From the NCBI GenBank assembly GCA_035063585.1, contig JAPSGB010000003.1:390365-454364 (forward strand): a stretch of DNA of 64,000 nt, given 5' to 3'. Position 1 is the first letter of the stretch. Each line of letters opens with the position of its first letter. This DNA comes from Polyangiaceae bacterium (GTDB lineage Bacteria; Myxococcota_A; Polyangia; Polyangiales; Polyangiaceae). Positions 57,710 to 64,000 of this stretch are shown here, piece after piece. The position numbers and the translations under genes are program-made. Below the pieces are notes generated by a model. The model was given only the letters and a program-made list of their open reading frames with translations. It had not been told where the DNA came from and did no database searches.

Positions 57710-59497
57710 ATGCGTACCTCCCCCGTCGCCGCGCTCCCGCTCCCCCTCGCCTCGGCCCTCGAGGCGCACGGGTTCACCAGCCTGATGCCGGTCCAGACGG
57801 CCGTGCTCGACGCCGCGCTCGCCGGCCGCGACCTGCGCATCGCGTCCAAGACGGGCTCGGGCAAGACGGTAGCGCTCGGGCTCGTGCTCGCCCGTGAGCT
57901 CGCCGAGCTCCGAGCGGACGACGAGCTCGACGTTCGAGCGCGCCGCGCGCGGCCGCGCGCGCTCGTCGTCACGCCGACGCGCGAGCTTGCCGCGCAGGTC
58001 GCCGGCGAGCTCGCCTGGCTGCTCGCGGCCGTCGATGCGAGCGTCACGACGGTGACCGGAGGCACGAACCTGCGCGACGAGCGCCGCGCGCTCGGCAAGG
58101 GGGCGACCATCGTCGTCGGCACGCCGGGGCGGCTTCGCGATCACCTCGGAGCGGGCGCCATCGACGCGAGCCGCGTCGCCACGGTCGTGCTCGACGAAGC
58201 CGACCAGATGCTCGATCTCGGGTTCCGTGAGGATCTCGAGGCGATCCTCGGTGAGACGCCCGAAACGCGCCACACGCACCTGGTATCGGCGACCTTCTCG
58301 CGTGACGCGCTCGCGCTCGCCGACGAGTTCCAGCGCGAGCCGGTGAGCGTCGACGGCACGCGGCCCGGCGGCGCGAACGACGACATCGCGCACGTCGCGC
58401 ATCTCGTCCGGCATGACGAACGCAACGCCGCGCTCGTCAATCTGCTGCTGCTCGCGCCGAAGGAGCGCACGCTCGTCTTCGTGCGCACGCGCGCCGACGC
58501 CTCGGCGGTCGCCGACGGGCTCGCGTCGGTCGGTTTTGCGGCGCGTCCCCTGTCGGGCGAGCTCGAACAAGACGAGCGCACGCGCACGCTGGAGGCGTTC
58601 CGTCAGGGCGCGGTCGAGATCCTCGTCGCGACCGACGTCGCGGCGCGCGGGCTCGACGTCGCCGACGTCTCGCGGGTGATCCACGCCGATCCGCCCGGCG
58701 ACGCGGAGGCGCTCACGCACCGGAGCGGCCGCACGGGGCGGGCGGGGCGCAAGGGGACCGCGATCGTGCTCGTGCCGCCGGCGATGCGCGAGCTCGTGGG
58801 CCGCCTCTACCGGCACGCACGCATCGAGCCGACCTGGGCGCCGGTGCCGACGCAGCTCGAGGTGGAGCGCGCCGCGGACGAGCGATTTACGCGCGAGGTC
58901 GGCGCCGACTCAGGTGAAATCGACGCTCGGTTCTACGCGCTCACCGACCGGCTCCTCGGGCTGCGCGAGCCGCGCGAGCTCGTCGCGGCGCTGCTCGCGC
59001 GCCTCGACCAGGGCCTGCCGCGCGCGCGCCCGGTGACGCCGATGATGCCGCCCCAGGCGGAGCGCCGCCCCGCCCCCGGCCGGCGTCCGCCGCTCTCACC
59101 GGCGGCCCGGGCCCGCCGCGACGGAGCTGCGCCGACGTCGTTCACGCTGTTCCGCATCACGTGGGGCTCGCAGCATGGGGCCGACGCGCGTCGCTTGCTC
59201 GCGGTCGTCTGTCGCCGCGGGGGCATCGAGGGCAACCAGGTGGGCGCGATACGCGTCGCGGAGCAGTGGTCCACGTTCCAGGTCGGGGCCGAGGTGGCCG
59301 AGGAGTTCGGGCGCGCGGCGGCCAAGCCCGATCCCCGCGCGCCGCGCGTGCGCATCGAGCGGTGGCTGTCGCCCGACGAGCGGGCGCCGCGCCGGCCCCG
59401 CGTGCCCGCGCCCGCGCGCGCGCCGCGCCCGGACGCGCCGCGACCGGCTGCCGCCGGGAAGGCTCCTGGGAAGCGTCGAGAGCCGAAGCAACGGTAG
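57710..59497 (+). CDS. DEAD-box RNA helicase with DbpA-type RNA-binding domain (DeaD/CsdA-like)
   Basis: TGSGKT, PTRELA, TPGR, DEAD, SAT, ARGLD and HRSGRTGRAG; C-terminal VGAIRV. Confidence 0.92.
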   Translation: MRTSPVAALPLPLASALEAHGFTSLMPVQTAVLDAALAGRDLRIASKTGSGKTVALGLVLARELAELRADDELDVRARRARPRALVVTPTRELAAQVAGELAWLLAAVDASVTTVTGGTNLRDERRALGKGATIVVGTPGRLRDHLGAGAIDASRVATVVLDEADQMLDLGFREDLEAILGETPETRHTHLVSATFSRDALALADEFQREPVSVDGTRPGGANDDIAHVAHLVRHDERNAALVNLLLLAPKERTLVFVRTRADASAVADGLASVGFAARPLSGELEQDERTRTLEAFRQGAVEILVATDVAARGLDVADVSRVIHADPPGDAEALTHRSGRTGRAGRKGTAIVLVPPAMRELVGRLYRHARIEPTWAPVPTQLEVERAADERFTREVGADSGEIDARFYALTDRLLGLREPRELVAALLARLDQGLPRARPVTPMMPPQAERRPAPGRRPPLSPAARARRDGAAPTSFTLFRITWGSQHGADARRLLAVVCRRGGIEGNQVGAIRVAEQWSTFQVGAEVAEEFGRAAAKPDPRAPRVRIERWLSPDERAPRRPRVPAPARAPRPDAPRPAAAGKAPGKRREPKQR

Positions 59498-59686
59498 GCG
59501 GACCGTGCCGGTGAGCGTCAGGGTCGTTGCCGCCTGGAGTCACGCTGTCGGCGTCAGCTCGGCATGACGTGGCGGCGGCGCTCGCGCCCGGACCGGACGC
59601 GGCGCCCCGCCGGTCGCGGCAGGGCGCGGCTGCTGATGACGGATATCATGGAAAGCGAACATGTCAGCATGTAATGCATGCGCGTC

Positions 59687-60787
59687 ATGTCCGACCGCAC
59701 GCCCAATCGAGTTCGAGAACGGCGGGAGCTCCGCGGGCTCTCCCAGACCACGCTCGCCGAGCGCGCCCGTCTCAGTCGGCAGAGCGTGGGTGCCATCGAG
59801 GCGGGCCGTGCCGTTCCTGCCGTTGACGTGGCCCTGCGGGTCGCGAGCGCCCTCGACTGCAGCGTCGAGGACTTGTTCGCCGATACCGGCGAGGCGCCCA
59901 TCCGCACCGAGGCATCCCGCGCGACGATCACCGGGCGGGTCGCGATGGCTCAGGTCGCAGGGCGCTGGGTATCCTACCCGCTCGATGGGATCGGCACGCG
60001 TACGTCGGCCGACGGTCTCGCGGTCGGCCAGCGTGAAGGGCCGCTCGAGATAGAGCCGCTGCGGCCGCTCGCGGATGCTCGCGAGAACGTCGTCATCATG
60101 GGGTGCGCTCTGGGCCTCGGGCTCGTCGCGGATCGGTTGAACTCGCGCCCCGGACCGGGCCGATTCCTCTGGCTCTCGCGCTCGAGTACCGCGGCGCTCG
60201 AGGCCCTCGCGAGCGCTCATACGCACGTCGCGGGCGTACACCTCGTCGACAAGCGTACCGGCGCCGCGAACGTCGAAGACGTCGCTCGCCACACGGCCGG
60301 CACGGACGTCGTGCTCATCACGCTGGCGCGCTGGGAGGCAGGGCTCGTGACGGCCCCCGGCAATCCGAAGGGCGTCAAGCGCGCCAGCGACCTGGCACGC
60401 CGGGGTCTGCGCCTGGTGACACGAGAGGAGGGCTCGGGAGCTCGACGCCTCTTCGACCAGCAGTTGCGCGAAGCGGGGGCAGCGCGTGTAGCCCACTCGA
60501 TGAGCATAGAGGCCGCAGGGCATCTGGAGGTCGCGCAAGCCGTCGCAATGGGTGCCGGCGACGTCGGGGTGGCGACGCGCGACGCCGCGCTCGCGTGCGG
60601 TCTCGATTTCATCCCTCTTGCCGAGGAGCGGTACGACCTGGTCGTCCCGCTCGCGTCCATGGAAGACGTGCGGATCGCGCGCCTCCTCGACGTGATGACC
60701 TCGGGGGCCACGCGCCGAGAGCTCACCTCACTCGGCTACGACGTGCGGTCCTGCGGCGACCGCGTCGCCCAACTCCCAGCCGCTTGA
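59687..60787 (+). CDS. XRE-HTH regulator fused to PBP-like (molybdate-binding superfamily) domain
   Basis: LSQTTLA..LSRQSVGAIE; SSTAAL, HVAGVHL, REEGSGAR, HLEVA and FIPLAEERYDL. The start could be 59678. Confidence 0.8.
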   Translation: MSDRTPNRVRERRELRGLSQTTLAERARLSRQSVGAIEAGRAVPAVDVALRVASALDCSVEDLFADTGEAPIRTEASRATITGRVAMAQVAGRWVSYPLDGIGTRTSADGLAVGQREGPLEIEPLRPLADARENVVIMGCALGLGLVADRLNSRPGPGRFLWLSRSSTAALEALASAHTHVAGVHLVDKRTGAANVEDVARHTAGTDVVLITLARWEAGLVTAPGNPKGVKRASDLARRGLRLVTREEGSGARRLFDQQLREAGAARVAHSMSIEAAGHLEVAQAVAMGAGDVGVATRDAALACGLDFIPLAEERYDLVVPLASMEDVRIARLLDVMTSGATRRELTSLGYDVRSCGDRVAQLPAA

Positions 60788-60803
60788 CCTCGAGGAGTAG
60801 ACC

Positions 60804-61706
60804 ATGAGCTTTCATTTTCGCACCCTTCTCACCGTCATCACCGCCTCGCTTCTCTTGCTCGTCGGGTGCGGAAACGACGGGCAGCCAGCCGCCCATGCGG
60901 GCATCGATCGCGGCCCGGCCATTCTCGACATCGAGGGCGATCCGAACGGGCTCTGGTGGGATGACGCGAGCCAGACGCTCTACGTCGCCGATGACGACGG
61001 AAACCGCCTGCTGCGCTGGACCGACGAGGATGGCTTCTCGTTGATCGAGAACCTCACCGCCGCGCCCGAGCAGGGTGCCGGGCTCGGACAGCTGGTGAGC
61101 ACCAGCGATGGCACGCTCGTGGTGACGCGGTTCGGCCACGGTACGGCCGGCGCGGTGGTGTTCGTCCCGCCGTCGGGCGGCGCACAGGACGTACCCGGCC
61201 TGGCCGTCGAGCGACGCCGCATCGGCCTCACCATCGACAGCGACGGTAAGCTCTACGATTCCTGGTTCGTTCGTCAGGCGAGCGGTGAGCGAGTCGGTGC
61301 CGTCGGTGCGCTCTCCCTCGCGGGCACCGAGAGCGAGATCATCACCGGGCTCCAGAAGCCCGTGGGCGTCCTCGCCGTCGGCGAGAACCTCTTCGTCTCG
61401 GATCAGGATCTCGGGCAGGTTCTGCGGGCCCCGCTCAGCAACCCTTCGGACTACGAGGTCCTCGCGGCAGTCCCTTCGCCGGACTTGCTCGCGGCCGGAC
61501 CGAACGGCTCGCTGTTCATTGGCAGCGAAGGAGGTAGCCTCTACCGCATCGAGGCCAGCGGCGCTGCCGCGGTGTTCCAGGCCGGGTTCGACACCGTTCG
61601 CGGCATGGCTTACGACCCCACCAACCGGCGAGTCTTCGTCGTGAATCACGTCGGGCACGAGGCCGAGGGCGTCACCCACACCATCCACATCCTTCCCGTG
61701 GACTGA
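60804..61706 (+). CDS. Beta-propeller (NHL/SMP-30-like) lipoprotein
   Basis: Lipobox LVGC; blades PNGLWWD..LYVAD, PVGVLA..LFVSD and VRGMAYD..VFV; SD GAGGAG. Confidence 0.7.
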   Translation: MSFHFRTLLTVITASLLLLVGCGNDGQPAAHAGIDRGPAILDIEGDPNGLWWDDASQTLYVADDDGNRLLRWTDEDGFSLIENLTAAPEQGAGLGQLVSTSDGTLVVTRFGHGTAGAVVFVPPSGGAQDVPGLAVERRRIGLTIDSDGKLYDSWFVRQASGERVGAVGALSLAGTESEIITGLQKPVGVLAVGENLFVSDQDLGQVLRAPLSNPSDYEVLAAVPSPDLLAAGPNGSLFIGSEGGSLYRIEASGAAAVFQAGFDTVRGMAYDPTNRRVFVVNHVGHEAEGVTHTIHILPVD

Positions 61707-61710
61707 GCCC

Positions 61711-63084
61711 GTGCGCCGCTCGCTCGCGGTCGAGGCGTTCCTTCTGAGCTTCACGTTCGTCACGCAGGCGGGGGCGCAAGAGCCCGGCGGCGTCGCCCCA
61801 GAAGGTTCGTCCGTGGCGGCGCCGAGCCCGGGGCCGACTGCCACGGCGCCGGGTCCGGCGGCTCCAGAAGTGCTAGCTCGCGTCGCGCGGCTCGAAGCCG
61901 AAATAGCGGAGCTGCGGAGGCGCCCGGCCCCGGCGCCCAGCGAGACGCCGGCGCTGCAGCCCACTCTCTTGGGCGAGCTCGACTACCGCGTCTACCCGTC
62001 GGAGCTCGAAGGCAACACCGGGTTTGCGCTCGCGCGTCTGCGCCCCGGGCTGGTCCTCACGCCGACGCCGTGGCTGCGGGCCGTCACCGCGTTCGAGTTC
62101 GCCGACGAACACCCCACCATCATCGACGCCTTCGCGAGGGCGCGGCCTGCCGAATGGATCGAGCTGACGGCGGGTTACTCCAAGCCCCCGCTTTTCGCCT
62201 CCTTCGTCTACGAGCCGGTGCATACGATGCCCTTTCCCGATCGTGCACCGGTCATCACCGCGTTCCGAGTGCGCCGCGACCTGGGCGTGGACGTCCACCT
62301 CGGCCCGCGCAGCGTGCCTCTGGAGGGCTGGCTCCGGGTCGGCAATGGAACCGGCAGCGCGCTCGGCAACGACAACGCGCTGCCGGCCGGATACGCGTCG
62401 CTCGATCTCGTGCTCGGGCGCGCGTGGGCCGGCGCTGCGCCGGAGGCCCGCACGTATGGGCTCCGGCTCGGCGGGGCCGCCCTCGTCGAGAGCCCCCGCG
62501 ATCGCGATGGGATTACGGGCCAGACGCCGCTCGGCTTCGTGTACTACCGGCCGATCGTGGTGTCCGGTCTGCGTGTCGTCGGTGAAGGCCACCTCATCGG
62601 CTACGCGGGACCGCTCCGGCTCACCGTCGAGGGCGCCGCGTCGCGCGAGGAGCGCTCGCGCGACGATGACGGCAATCCCTCCACCCCCCGCATCGAGCTT
62701 CCCGTCGTGCATTCCTACGGGCTCACCGCGGAGCTCGCTTGGGTCGTTCTCGGCCGCCCACGAGACGTCGGGCGTGCGCCGGGCGCCGCGGCCCGGCAGG
62801 GCGGCGCGTGGAACGGAGGAGCTCTCGAGCTCGCGGCTCGTTACGACGGCTCGTGGCTCGGAGCAGGCGCGCGCGACGTCCGATCGGGCGGCTCACAGGG
62901 AGGCGCGCTGGCCGTGAAGTGGTGGCCCACCGAGTTCCTCGCAGCGAGCATCGCGGGCTACGTCACGCGCTACGACCATCCACCGCTCGAAGAGCCCAAC
63001 GAGCTCTGGTCGTGGGGCGGGCTCGCGCGACTCAGCTGCTTCTGGGGCCTTCCCGGCCAACCTCCACCGCTCGGCGCGCGATAG
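61711..63084 (+). CDS. OprO/OprP-like porin
   Basis: Signal peptide, coiled coil, FALARLR, IDAF, GYSKPP, RDLGV and ELAARY beta-strand pattern. Confidence 0.65.
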   Translation: MRRSLAVEAFLLSFTFVTQAGAQEPGGVAPEGSSVAAPSPGPTATAPGPAAPEVLARVARLEAEIAELRRRPAPAPSETPALQPTLLGELDYRVYPSELEGNTGFALARLRPGLVLTPTPWLRAVTAFEFADEHPTIIDAFARARPAEWIELTAGYSKPPLFASFVYEPVHTMPFPDRAPVITAFRVRRDLGVDVHLGPRSVPLEGWLRVGNGTGSALGNDNALPAGYASLDLVLGRAWAGAAPEARTYGLRLGGAALVESPRDRDGITGQTPLGFVYYRPIVVSGLRVVGEGHLIGYAGPLRLTVEGAASREERSRDDDGNPSTPRIELPVVHSYGLTAELAWVVLGRPRDVGRAPGAAARQGGAWNGGALELAARYDGSWLGAGARDVRSGGSQGGALAVKWWPTEFLAASIAGYVTRYDHPPLEEPNELWSWGGLARLSCFWGLPGQPPPLGAR

Positions 63085-63273
63085 CCCACGGTGTCAGAGG
63101 AGTCGTCCGGCCTGCCGAGCCCTCGCGGGGGTGAGCGGACGTGAGCGCGCGCGGGCGCGCGGATGGCAACGTGACCGAATCTTCCACGCCAAGCAGCTCG
63201 GTGACTTCATACGCAGATGCGGCCGCACGCGTGGGAGGAGGCTCTCGCCCGGTCTTCGCAGGTTTGTGTGGGC

Positions 63274-63477
63274 TCATCGTGGCGCGCGGCGCCGCAGGAG
63301 CTTGCGACCGCGACGGCCATGGAGCACGCCGAACACCTGCACGGCGTCCGCCTCGTGTCGGAAGTAGACGAGGTCCGGGAAGCGGCGGAGTACGACCCGA
63401 CGAAGCGTCCGGTAGACGACCGGAAACGACTGCGGCGCTTCGGGCGCCCCCGCGAAGGCTGCGTCCACCGCGTCCAC
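63274..63477 (-). pseudogene. 5'-truncated RelE/ParE-family toxin gene
   Basis: PQSFPVV..LRRVVLRRFPDLVYF....VQVFGVLHGRR matches the C-terminal two thirds of ParE; the N-terminus is replaced by IS sequence. Confidence 0.6.
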
Positions 63478-63478
63478 C

Positions 63479-63673
63479 GTCCTGGGCGCCCGCGACGCGG
63501 TCTATCGCCGTGCCCGTCGAGCCCACCCCGAGCGCTGGACCCGCGCCACCAGGGACTGGGCTCCCGTAGGCCCCGTTACGCTCAACCGGCCGCGCCCCCC
63601 GCGCAGGAAGGAGGACGCCGCCCGGAGCGCGGCGTAGACACATCATGTGCGACAACTACCTTGACACTCACCG
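63479..63673 (+). mobile_element. Insertion sequence remnant (transposase C-terminal tail and right end, IS3-like)
   Basis: Frame 63479-63637 reads LGARDAVYRRARRAHPERWTRATRDWAPVGPVTLN..*, followed by GCGACAACTACCTTGACACTCACCG, which resembles the terminal sequence I recall for this IS group. Confidence 0.6.
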
Positions 63674-64000
63674 CGAGGTGTCCGGCCAGCCATGAGCGCG
63701 AAACGAGGGGATGCTTCAGGTCTACGAGAGCACCGACTCGTGACGCTGCAAGAGCTCGGCCGTCAGCGTCATGTCCGCTTCGCTGATCAAGACCCGATTC
63801 GGACGTTCGGGTCGCTCGGGCACGCCCTGCGCAACACGGTCTCGACTTGGTTCTTCAGGTCTGCGTCCATCATCCCGACTGGAGACGATCACGCGGAAGC
63901 GCGGGTTCGCGATCAGGGCGAGCGCGGGGTTCGACGGGTAGCGCGGGCTCCGGTTTCTTGGCCGGCGTGACGGGCGTCGCGTAGCTCGACGCGCCCTCGA

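Noticed and set aside
63160..63230. Minus-strand peptide AYEVTELLGVEDSVTLPS resembling a Uma2 nuclease C-terminus
   Set aside because: Too short to support without a search.
63674..64000. Short ORFs at the right edge
   Set aside because: No recognisable motifs or consistent coding frame; probably degraded or non-coding sequence cut by the window end.

Overview
Very GC-rich chromosomal segment whose gene content (MglA, fibro-slime/Cys-rich repeat lipoproteins, MYXO-CTERM-like tails, FHA-sigma54 activator, Ser/Thr kinase) points to a myxobacterium (Myxococcota, probably Polyangiaceae-like). It holds about 55 protein genes, mostly metabolism and signalling: beta-oxidation, fabH, asd, cysK, pfk, a DEAD-box helicase and a Usp/histidine kinase/NtrC cluster. 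I found no rRNA, tRNA or CRISPR array. The best candidate for an undescribed system is a translationally coupled three-gene cassette at 53928-56420: ABC/AAA_21-type ATPase, PIN-domain nuclease and RNA ligase, which may be a reversible RNA cut-and-reseal defence or toxin module. Other highlights are a zinc-finger bacterial histone (11678-12217), an MglA GTPase coupled to a TerB-like gene instead of mglB, an orphan HxsB radical SAM enzyme, several correctly spaced sigma54 promoters suggesting a hypoxia/dormancy-like regulon, NikR-like and FNR/Dnr-like operators, frequent apparently leaderless genes, and a parE/IS remnant at the right end. All family calls come from motif recognition by eye; no database search was run.
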